This document shows positions 9,862-17,780 of a stretch of DNA of 18,576 bases, in pieces (within the stretch, counting starts at the first letter, position 1; each line of letters begins with the position of its first letter). This stretch comes from Octopus sinensis (taxonomy: Eukaryota). Made by a program: the position numbers and the translations under genes. Under the pieces are notes generated by a model. That model saw only the letters and a program-made list of their open reading frames with translations. It was not told where the DNA came from and searched no databases. Location: the NCBI RefSeq assembly GCF_006345805.1, contig NW_021824449.1:1-18576 (forward strand). The letters are read 5' to 3'.

Positions 9862-10044
9862 ATAAATAAAATTTTATAGATCGTTAGCCACTACACACAT
9901 TTTTTCTCTCCTTGTTTCTCTCCTTGTTTTTTCTGTGTCCCTTTTTGTAGAAGAGCGTAGGCTCGAAACGTAAAATACTTTTTCTATTCTGAGCGTTATA
10001 CTAATACATCTGTTCGTCTTTTGTTTTTTTCGTAAACTCCCCCT
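9862..10044 (+). mobile_element. PLE pseudo-LTR-like repeat with a degenerate hammerhead motif
   Basis: GAGC-GTAG-GCTC hairpin then GAAACGTA at 9953-9972; downstream CTGAGCGT shared with the 12.6 kb element; lies between microsatellites. Confidence 0.55.
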
Positions 10045-10067
10045 ATATATATATATATTATATATAT

Positions 10068-10120
<53 letters not shown>

Positions 10121-10125
10121 TATAA

Positions 10126-10789
10126 TTAGATAAAACTTAGATATGTTTCGACCAGAGATTGGTCCAGGCTATGTCTAACTTAATAGCACCACCTGATAGG
10201 ATTATTCGAATCCTGTTTAAGTCAAGTTTTGTTCAAGTAGTGAGTTCTTGTTGGGTGAGTTGTATCCAATTATGGGTGGCTTATCTGGTATTCTTTGAAG
10301 GAATCTATCCAGACTCTGTTTAAAGTTGATGGGATCCTTTTCCTCTTTGATCTCCCTCGGGACAATGTTAAATAGGGCAGGTCCTGTTGAGGAAAAGAAA
10401 TTATGTTGCAGTGTACATGTATGTTGTGATCTTGAATTTGGCAGGGGACGAATTGCCCGTGGTCCAAGTCTTGGATGAACCTTGAAGCTAATGTTTAGGT
10501 CGTTTGGGCAAAGTTGGCGGTATATTTTCCACATCGTACAAATGATGTACCGCTCACGGCGACGCTGGAGGGAGTAAAGTTTCAAGGCTTTAAGGCGATC
10601 CCAATAATCGAGAGCAGCCATGCCTTCAATTTGTTTAGTGAGAGCCCTCTGAGGTGACTCAATTCTGGAGATGTTTTGTCTTGTGTGAGGAGACCACAGT
10701 GGGCAGCAGTATTCAAGGTGTGGCTGTACAAAGGAGGAAAAAAGTGGTATGATGACACCTTGTTCTCTGGACCGGAAAGTTCTTAAGAT
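10126..10789 (-). mobile_element. 5'-truncated CR1-clade LINE (190 stop-free codons of ORF2 C-terminus + 3' UTR)
   Basis: In-frame upstream extension of ORF 10217..10621: ILRTFRSRE..FSSFVQPHLEYCCPLWSPH..IESPQRALTKQIEGM..YWDRLKALKLYSLQRRRERY..HNFFSSTGPALFNIVP; typical CR1 RT C-terminal motifs. Confidence 0.92.
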
Positions 10790-10975
10790 ATACTTTATTT
10801 AAAGCAGCAGAAAATTCAACAAAATCTGTTACTCTGAGTTTCTCGTTGCCGTTCATCAGACAGTTTTTGTTAGAAACTCAGAGTAACAGATTTTGTTGAA
10901 TTTTCTGCTGCTTTAAATAAAGCATATTACTCTACCACTGGTATTTGAGTACTCTTTTTTTCCACCTTGTTTCAC
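10788..10975. mobile_element. PLE pseudo-LTR with inverted tail (perfect 51 bp inverted repeat)
   Basis: 10793-10843 is the exact reverse complement of 10872-10922, with a 28 nt spacer. The left arm plus spacer holds a hammerhead motif; the right arm continues past AATAAA to (CA)n. Confidence 0.8.
10821..10868 (-). ncRNA. Minimal type I hammerhead ribozyme motif
   Basis: Minus strand: CTGT-CTGATGA-A.CG(GCAA)CG.A-GAAA-CTC(A)GAG-TA-ACAG. Stem I CTGT/ACAG; both core motifs intact; palindromic stem III; GUA triplet with predicted cut between 10830 and 10829. Confidence 0.75.
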
Positions 10976-10989
10976 ACACACACACACAC

Positions 10990-11026
<37 letters not shown>

Positions 11027-11130
11027 GTATTATGTATGTATGTATGTATGTATGTATGTATGTATGTATGTATGTATGTATATATGCATGTATGTATGTA
11101 TGTATGTATGTATGTATGTATGTATGTATA
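10973..11130. repeat. (CA)n(TA)n(TATG)n microsatellite
   Basis: Visible directly. Confidence 0.95.
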
Positions 11131-11146
11131 TAAATAAAATTTTACC

Positions 11147-11526
11147 TACTCTTTTACTTGTTTCAGTCACTTGATTATGCTCATGCTGGAGCACCGCCTT
11201 TAGACGAGCAAATCGACCCCGGGACTTATTCTTTGTAAGCCTGGTACTTATTCTATCGGTATCTTTTGCCGAACCGCTAAGTTACGGGGTCGTAAACACA
11301 CCAGCATCGGTTGTCAAGCGATGTTGGGGGAGGACAAACACAGACAAACAAATGTATACACACACACACACACTCACACACACACACATACACACACACA
11401 ATGCACACACATATATATATACATATATACATACATATATACATCGGGCGTCTTTCAGTTTCTGTCTACCAAATCCACTCACGAGGCTTTGGTCGACCCG
11501 AGGCTATAGTAGAAGACACTTGCCCA
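11147..11526 (-). mobile_element. SINE family B lacking its tRNA head
   Basis: Aligns with other B copies until GACACTTGCCCA, where it abuts the PLE RT fragment. Confidence 0.9.
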
Positions 11527-11832
11527 GAGAGATGTGTGGCCGTTGACTTTTCTAGAGTTGGTTGGGGCGTCATCTCTGTAGAGATCGAAGAGGACCGAAG
11601 GAAACCTCTTCCATGAGATGTCCATGATGTACAGTCCGATAAGATCACAGACATCAGAGCTATCATATGCTCCCATAGCTACATCAAAGGAGCCCTCGGG
11701 GTCAGATTGCTTGAGTCAAGTCGAACTTTTGCTGAACAGCACCGTCTTCCTGGCACGCATAGTAACTTTAACATCACTATTACTAATATCTGTGTAGCCC
11801 TTGGCAAAGCAAAGTGCCTTCAACAATAATCT
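11527..11832 (-). pseudogene. Penelope-like reverse transcriptase fragment (YRDD motif)
   Basis: RLLLKALCFAKGYTDISNSDVKVTMRARKTVLFSKSST*LKQSDPEGSFDVAMGAYDSSDVCDLIGLYIMD...DLYRDDAPTNSRKVNGH matches the PLE RT pattern FDV.MG.YD...VC.L.GLY / YRDD. One in-frame TGA at 11716-11718; YRDD at 11569-11580. Confidence 0.85.
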
Positions 11833-11833
11833 G

Positions 11834-12060
11834 TTATATAAAATCCGTTCCGTCTGTTTGTGTGTGTGCTTTCTAGGATCTCGAGCATCCTCCATCCGAT
11901 TGCGCTCAAATTTGATATGCAGATACCGACGGTATCAGGGCGTGTATAAGTCATGAAAAAATTGCAAAAATCGATTCCAGGTGAGAATTGATAAAGCCGT
12001 AGGAACGTGCATTTGTAAAATCGTTTTTCTTGGAATAGAAAAAAGTCTGTCTTTATTTCT
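11834..12060 (+). mobile_element. Possible Helentron-type non-autonomous element (HINE/DINE-1-like) fragment
   Basis: TATAAAATCCGTTCCGTCTG(TG)n...ATCTCGAG..CCGATTGCGCTCAAATTTGATATGCAG resembles the HINE/DINE-1 layout; right boundary unresolved. Confidence 0.35.
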
Positions 12061-12594
12061 TCTTTGGCTGGTGTCTCAAATTTAGGTTAAATCAGTGTTT
12101 CTTAAAGGGGAGGCCTATGGGACGGTCGGACAAGTTGTTTTGAGAAAATTTGGTTTAAATGTTTGACAACTCAGCACCGCCCATTGGATGGGGGGTGTTT
12201 TGCTCGTTCTTTATATAAAAGCAAGTATAAGGATAAACAAGTTAGGCAGGTCAATATACACAGTATATTAAATACATGAAATTCAAAAAATGTATTACGT
12301 TTACATGCAAAAAGGTCGGACCTACACAGAATAGAAGTGATATCAATGATATCAATAATATACCGTCTTTGAACTTCTTTCTGTCAACACCTCAAATGTA
12401 AGATCTCTTCCCAGAAGACGAAAGCTCATCTCTCCCGACGATAGAACCTATCTACATACGTTATTTTGAGCCACAGAGCCTCAGACACAGCTGTTGGATT
12501 TGTAACACTTTTCTGCAATCCATTTAATTCATTTGAATCGCAGGCGATTTTTTTCCCCCGTCTTCCTTTTCTCTTTGACTTTCCTCTGTCTCCT

Positions 12595-12629
12595 GTTTCT
12601 GAAGAAGAACTTTGCTCGAAACGAAAAAC
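12595..12629 (+). ncRNA. Degenerate minimal hammerhead motif in a PLE pseudo-LTR-like sequence
   Basis: GTTT-CTGAAGA-A-GAAC(TTT)GCTC-GAAA-CG-AA-AAAC. Stem I GTTT/AAAC, both cores intact, one stem II mismatch; cleavage-site U16.1 replaced by A. Confidence 0.6.
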
Positions 12630-12809
12630 CACTCCCCTTTCCTTCCCTGAGCGTCTACATGTATCACGTCTTCGTGTTGATTTTTCTCTTGTGTTTGTCC
12701 TTCATTTTTTTTAGTTACTACACACACACACATACACACATATATATGGAACTAGTGTCCCCACTATATATATATTGGGCGCTAGTGTCCCACTCAGCTC
12801 AAAGCAAAA

Positions 12810-12855
12810 TCTGTGTACGAATGGCTTCTGGATTATTTCCCCACATCAGCACAGA
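12810..12855 (-). ncRNA. Decayed minimal hammerhead motif (left arm copy)
   Basis: Minus strand TCTGTG-CTGATGT-GGGGAAATAATCCA-GAAG-CCATTCG-TA-CACAGA: perfect 6 bp stem I, two core substitutions. Confidence 0.55.
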
Positions 12856-13222
12856 ATAATCGCTAGGCTAGAGATGACGATGACGACACTAGTTCTTGTT
12901 CGAAATATATTCTTTTCAAAGCGACACACAGTTACTGATGTCATAAAGAGAAAAACTATTAGTTCTAAATCTTTGAACGAGAAACATGCAGCAACATTCA
13001 GATGTTTTCCTGGGGCTAAATAGCAGCAACATTCGTCCTAACCAGGACTGCCACTTTACGTTGTCAAATAAACTTTCATCGTACTATAACTTCATGTATC
13101 TCGATCAGAAATTTAGAATAAATAGTTTTTTTTCTATTTATGAGAACATTGACTTAGTGTCACTTTGAAAAGTATACATTTCGAACAAGAACTAGTGCTG
13201 CCATTTCTAACGAAGTGATTAT

Positions 13223-13268
13223 TCTATGCTGATGAAAGGAAGTAACCCAGAAACCATTGGTACACAGA
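13223..13268 (+). ncRNA. Minimal type I hammerhead motif (right arm copy)
   Basis: TCTATG-CTGATGA-AAGGAAGTAACCCA-GAAA-CCA(T)TGG-TA-CACAGA. Intact cores, palindromic stem III, GUA triplet (cut after 13262); stem I has one A.C mismatch and stem II is weak. Confidence 0.65.
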
Positions 13269-13348
13269 TATTGCTTTGAGCTGAGTAGGGACACTAGCTC
13301 CCTTGTTCGAAAATATAAGGATCAATTAGCGCGTCGATACCCAGCTGG

Positions 13349-13492
13349 AGATGTTTTCCTGGGGCTAAATAGCAGCAACATTGTTTTAACCAGGACTTCC
13401 ACTTTACGTTGGCAAATAAACTTTACTCTAAAGTAATGTCGCTGCACATTTCTCGTTCAGAGATTTAGAACTAATAGTTTTCTATTTATGAA
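13349..13492. repeat. Direct repeat of 13000-13143
   Basis: First 34 nt identical (AGATGTTTTCCTGGGGCTAAATAGCAGCAACATT); the rest is colinear with substitutions. Confidence 0.9.
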
Positions 13493-14116
13493 ATATAATG
13501 TCTTTGCTAGCAATTAATATTTGTGTACCAGCAGCCAGTAATATGCTTGATACGTAAATTGGTCTACCCAATTATATTACACGGCTAAACTTTGTGGGTA
13601 TTTGTGGATGCGATACTGAAGAAGGAGCAAGAACGCCTGAAATGTGCATATACACCGATTATCATTTTTTATTCTATCTTCGGTCGTATGGGCTACACAG
13701 AAACGTTTTCGTTTACGAAACGTCGCAACTCCCTTATACCTGCACAATAACCCTGAACTAATTATTATGCGGGTATCAATGAGTTGTGAATAGTTCTGTG
13801 AATCAAATATAGCTTGTCTCTGTCTGGAGGAAACATTAGTACAATATACAATATATTTTTCATGTTTAATTGCCATTAGTTTAATTGCCATTAGTAGGTC
13901 AAACCGTTTACACAATTGTCTAAATTGTGTGTTACTCTCATTCGTATTACAGTTGTTTACAATATATTTGCTTTGTCATTCTAAATGTTACAAGATGTAT
14001 TTTTCACACAGCTGAAGTTGATCTTTATGTTGTTTTTGTTGACCAGCTGGTGCAATTTGATGCCGTTCAGGAAATATCTCCTTTAACGGTCCTTTACAAA
14101 TTGAGAGGAATTTACT
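13400..14116 (-). pseudogene. Heavily decayed PLE ORF 3' part (RT C-terminal linker + GIY-YIG endonuclease)
   Basis: Stitched across frames: SKFLSI..KEIFPERH/KLHQLVNKNNIKINFSCVKN (14008-14058), *PTNGN* (CP.NG.C-like), HEKYIVYCTNVSS, YI*FTELFTTH*YPHNN*FR (13752-13811), YKGVATF, KSLNEK. Motif order matches C-terminal-EN PLEs. Confidence 0.6.
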
Positions 14117-14120
14117 TTCT

Positions 14121-14250
14121 CTCACACACGCATACATACATACATACATACATGCATACATACATACATACATACATACCTACATACACGCAAACACGCA
14201 CATACATGCACAAAGACACGCGCACACAAATACGCTCACACACACACACA
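14121..14250. repeat. (CATA)n/(CA)n microsatellite
   Basis: Visible directly. Confidence 0.95.
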
Positions 14251-14254
14251 TGCA

Positions 14255-14351
14255 TAATGATCTTTTGGAAGTTGACTGACGAGGAATTAACAACAAATTT
14301 TCTGTTATGTTTTTATAAAATTTTCCGATTGTGTTTTTGTTTAATTTTTTA
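14255..14351 (+). repeat. Diverged direct repeat, copy 1 (partner 14688-14792)
   Basis: TAATGATCTTTTGGAAGTTGACTGACGAGGAATTAAC versus TAATGACCTTTTGGACGTTGGCTGATGAAGAATTAGC, then shared AATTTTCCG..TGTGTTTTTG. Confidence 0.7.
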
Positions 14352-14415
14352 ATGTTACGTACTCCTAATTTTTTACTCATTTGAAAAATATCCTTGTAAT
14401 ATTTTTGTGTGACGT

Positions 14416-14650
14416 CTATTTCTTATTTGTTCATTTCCCACAAGGGGCTAAACATAAGGAGAACAAACAAGGACAGACAAAAGAGATTAAGTCGATTACA
14501 TCGACCCCAGTGCGTAACTGTTATTTAATTCATCGACCCCGAAAGGATGAAAAGCAAAGTCGACCTCGGCGGAATTTGAACTCAGAACGTGACGGCAGAC
14601 GAAATACTGCTAAGCATTTCGCCCGGCGCGCTAACGTTTCAGCTACCACC
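14416..14650 (-). mobile_element. SINE family A, full copy (tail1)
   Basis: Reverse complement of the family A pattern. Confidence 0.9.
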
Positions 14651-14687
14651 AAAAGGGAACAATATCCACTTTAAAGTTACGAAATTG

Positions 14688-14792
14688 TAATGACCTTTTG
14701 GACGTTGGCTGATGAAGAATTAGCTACGATTTTTATGCGTCTTAGGTTTTTTGTAGAATTTTCCGTTTGTTGTGTTTTTGCCAAATTTTTGA
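14688..14792 (+). repeat. Diverged direct repeat, copy 2, followed by (CA)n
   Basis: Aligns with 14255-14351. Confidence 0.7.
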
Positions 14793-14793
14793 A

Positions 14794-14833
<40 letters not shown>

Positions 14834-15201
14834 ACACAGGGACGGACACACACATGCACGCACACATATGCATAAATTTATGAGAAATTATAATGGAAGA
14901 GGAATAAGAAATTATGCCATGAGATTCTCCATTAGCTTATACCTGTTTGTGCTATATGATGTAATGCACTCAGTTGAATTCTATTGTGTATGACCTTATA
15001 GTTTCAAATACCATGCACATTTTTTAATGGTAAAACATTTACATTTTCTAGGTGCAATCCCATGGTCATTCGTGACATTTTTTTACTGGATAGACTCTCA
15101 GGGTTCTGGAGACGACAAATCGCGTAGTTTCAAATTTTGTTAAAGCCATTCTCAAGATTCGCTTACTCCCATCGAGTAGTGATACGACTGCATTGCTGGT
15201 G

Positions 15202-15263
15202 TCTTCTTCTTCTTCTTCTTCTTCTTCTTCTTCTTCTTCTTCTTCTTCTTCTTTCTTCTTCTT
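15202..15263. repeat. (TTC)n microsatellite
   Basis: Visible directly; gives the poly-Glu in ORF 15066..15290. Confidence 0.97.
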
Positions 15264-15509
15264 CCAATCAGGACTCACGCCATTAGCCACACAGTATAAT
15301 CTCTAATTCGAGCCTACTCAAAGCTACTAAGAATGCGTGTGGCAACTTGAAGATCCACCCACTACACGCGATAGACTGGCGGTTGCACGGTGGCTTTTAA
15401 CGGGTGGAGAGCTGAACCATCCTGGGGTACAGAGGATTCGTAATCTAGACTAGGGTCTGAAAGTTTACCACACCATAGTGGGTTACACCATGGTTCCTCT
15501 GCTTTGTGG

Positions 15510-15704
15510 CAGAAGTAGGAAGAAAGAGTGAGAGAAAGTTGTGGTGAAAGAGTACAGCTGGGTTCACCACCCTCCCCGCCGGAGCCTAGTGGAGCTTAGG
15601 TGTTTTTGCTCAATAAATACTCACAATGTCCGGTCTGGGAATCGAAACCAAGTTCTTACGACCGCGAGTCCGTTGCCCTAACCACTGGGCCATTGCGCCT
15701 CTAC
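15510..15704 (-). mobile_element. tRNA-derived SINE family G
   Basis: Minus-strand head GGCGCAATGGCCCAGTGGTTAGGGC (A box) ... GGTTTCGATTCCC (B box); TCG at the anticodon-like position suggests tRNA-Arg origin. Confidence 0.8.
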
Positions 15705-16183
15705 TGCTGTTGTTGTTATAGTTAATGATGATGTTTAAATATATGTCATCTCAGCAGACCTATAATGAAATACATTCCAGTTATGACCATCCTGTTTGAA
15801 TTTTGTTCGGATTGTACCAGACGTATCTTTCTGCAGAATTAGTAGGGTGCGGTTTCATTACAATATAGCTCTTACTTGTAGTTCGTAAAGCTACCATGTA
15901 CAAAATTCTACACTAACATAGGTGAGAGTGGGTGTTAAAGAGGAATCGGCTTTTACTGTGCGCTTTACAATGCTACAACACATCCAACGATCACGTGACT
16001 ACTAACTGGTTGGTGTTAAGACATCTCAATGGAATTTACTAGATAATCCTTTCTTCCTTCCTTCCTTCCTTTATTTCTTTAAAAGATTCAACCCTCTGCC
16101 AAACGTATATTACAACATTAATATACAACAAAATAATAATAACAAGAACAACACCGATAAAATGGAAGATGAAAATAATGATA

Positions 16184-16403
16184 ATAATCCTTTCTACTGA
16201 AGGTAGAAGGCCTGAAATTTGGGGGGAGGGGGTGTAGTCGATTACATCGACCCCAATATTTATCTGGTACTTATTTTATCGACTCCCAAAGGATGAAAGG
16301 CAAAGTCGACCTCGGTGGAATTTGAACTCAGAACGTAGCGTCGGGCGAAATACCGCTAAGCATTTTGTCCAGCGTGCTAACGATTCTGCCAGCTCGCCGC
16401 CTT
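16184..16403 (-). mobile_element. SINE family A, monomer with tail2 and (ATT)n end
   Basis: Head at 16403; tail2 ...CCCCCAAATTTCAGGCCTTCTACCTTCAGTAGAAAGGATTATT on the minus strand. Confidence 0.9.
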
Positions 16404-16494
16404 ATATAATATTAATAATAATAATAATAATATAATAATATCAATAATAATAATAATAATAACAATAATAACAATAATAATAATAATAATAATA

Positions 16495-16545
<51 letters not shown>
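16404..16545. repeat. (AAT)n microsatellite
   Basis: Visible directly. Confidence 0.97.
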
Positions 16546-16546
<1 letters not shown>

Positions 16547-16943
16547 CCATTCTACTGTAGGCTCAAGGACTCAGATTTGTGGGGAGGGAACTAGTCAATT
16601 ACATAGACACCAGTAATCAGCTGGTATTTAAGTTATCGACTCCGAAAAAACGAAAGGCAAAATCGACCTCGGCGGAATTTGAACTCGGAACGTAACGGCA
16701 GACGAAATACCTATTTCCTTTACTACCCACAAGGGGCTACACACAGAGGAGACAAACAAGGACAGACAACCGGATTAAGTCGATTATATCGATCCCAGTG
16801 CGTAACTGGTACTTATTTAATCGACCCTGAAAGGATGAAAGGCAAAGTCGACCTCGGCGGAATTTGACTCACAACGTAACGGCAGCCGAAATCCCGCTAA
16901 GCATTTCGCCCGGCGTGTTGACGTTTCTGCCAGCTCATCGCCT

Positions 16944-16944
<1 letters not shown>
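16541..16944 (-). mobile_element. SINE family A dimer: head + core/tail1 (16711-16944) + core/tail2 (16541-16710)
   Basis: Same AAATAG(G)TATTTCGTCTGCCG junction as the 2896-3497 trimer, in reverse complement. Confidence 0.88.
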
Positions 16945-16973
<29 letters not shown>

Positions 16974-16974
<1 letters not shown>

Positions 16975-17525
16975 TGCTCTGATGCAGTACCAGGCAGTGG
17001 CTCTCATGGCTTCTGATCTTAACTGTTTGGAAGTGTTTATCATGTACATTGTGTTGTCTTGGTATAAAAGATGGGCTACAGCAACTATTCTGCTCATACC
17101 ACAGATTTTGCTTGTCAGTTTGTTTTGACCGTAACCATTGAGCATGTCCCTTAGTGGCTGACGATATGTGCATCTCTGATCACGAGCAGAAGTAGTGGGG
17201 TCACCATAGCCAGTGTTGAGAGGGATTGTTTAGGGTTTGAATAGTTCACACCCTGGAAACATGGGTGGTTCTTCAACATCCTTAAACAACCCTTATTCAG
17301 GGACCGTTTGAGCGGGATGGGCTACTCAACCTGAAGAAAATTCTAACTGGGCCCCACCTGCAAGGTCATGTGCTGTTTATCTTGATATGAGATCACCATG
17401 TCGCGCACATATGGTTGGTGATGCATGTGCCTGTGTACCTTTATCAGACGGTAGTCAGATGGGTATATTGGGCTTTGTATATTTTACCCCCTGTCACTTG
17501 ATGGCATGAACTGCTTCTCTCACTC
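16974..17525 (-). mobile_element. ~550 bp non-coding interspersed element (family F) flanked on both sides by (AAT)n
   Basis: One end is repeated in inverted orientation at 18481-18540, also abutting (ATT)n. No tRNA head or credible ORF. Confidence 0.7.
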
Positions 17526-17561
17526 AATAATAATAATAATATAATAATATAATAATATAAT

Positions 17562-17780
17562 AATAACTTTCTACTGGAGGTACAAGATTTCCAATTTGTG
17601 GCGAGGGGACTAGTCAATTTCATAGACACACAGTAATCATCTGGTACTTAATTTATCGACCCCGAAAACATGAAAGACAAAGTCGACCTCAGCGGAATTT
17701 GAACACATAACGTTGCAACAGGCCAAATATCGCTAAGCATTTCGTCCAGCGTGATAACGATTCTGCCAGCTCGCAGCCTT
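17562..17780 (-). mobile_element. SINE family A, monomer with tail2
   Basis: Diverged but colinear with 16184-16403. Confidence 0.85.

Larger units (their letters stand above)
12777..13302. repeat. ~525 bp foldback with ~220 bp diverged inverted arms, PLE-derived
   Basis: 12777-12998 pairs with 13085-13302 (GGG(C/A)GCTAGTGTCCC.ACTCAGCTCAAAGCAA.ATCTGTGTAC... in both); each arm holds a hammerhead motif. Confidence 0.85.

Noticed and set aside
12093-12112. CAGTGTTTCTTAAAGG as a hAT-like TIR
   Set aside because: Too short, with no partner TIR or TSD.
12777-13302. Classical MITE interpretation of the foldback
   Set aside because: No convincing TSD (ATT|GGG ... CCC|TTG), and the arms contain hammerhead motifs and PLE ORF-like remnants.
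11527-14116. EN-before-RT order suggesting a permuted (Naiad/Chlamys-type) PLE
   Set aside because: The EN relic is preceded by RT C-terminal motifs typical of C-terminal-EN PLEs, and the two relics are separated by repeats, so they are better read as two copies.
13927-14352. 141 aa plus-strand ORF (AEVDLYVVFVDQLVQFD...)
   Set aside because: It is the antisense of the PLE relic running into microsatellite; no good splice donor.
15630-15704. Possible tRNA genes at SINE heads (families A, B, E, G)
   Set aside because: A/B boxes are present but there is no complete cloverleaf, and each head is followed by a SINE body.
17290-17400. HDV-like ribozyme in family F
   Set aside because: Candidate P1/P3/P4 helices exist, but P1.1 pairing and the J4/2 catalytic C could not be placed on either strand.
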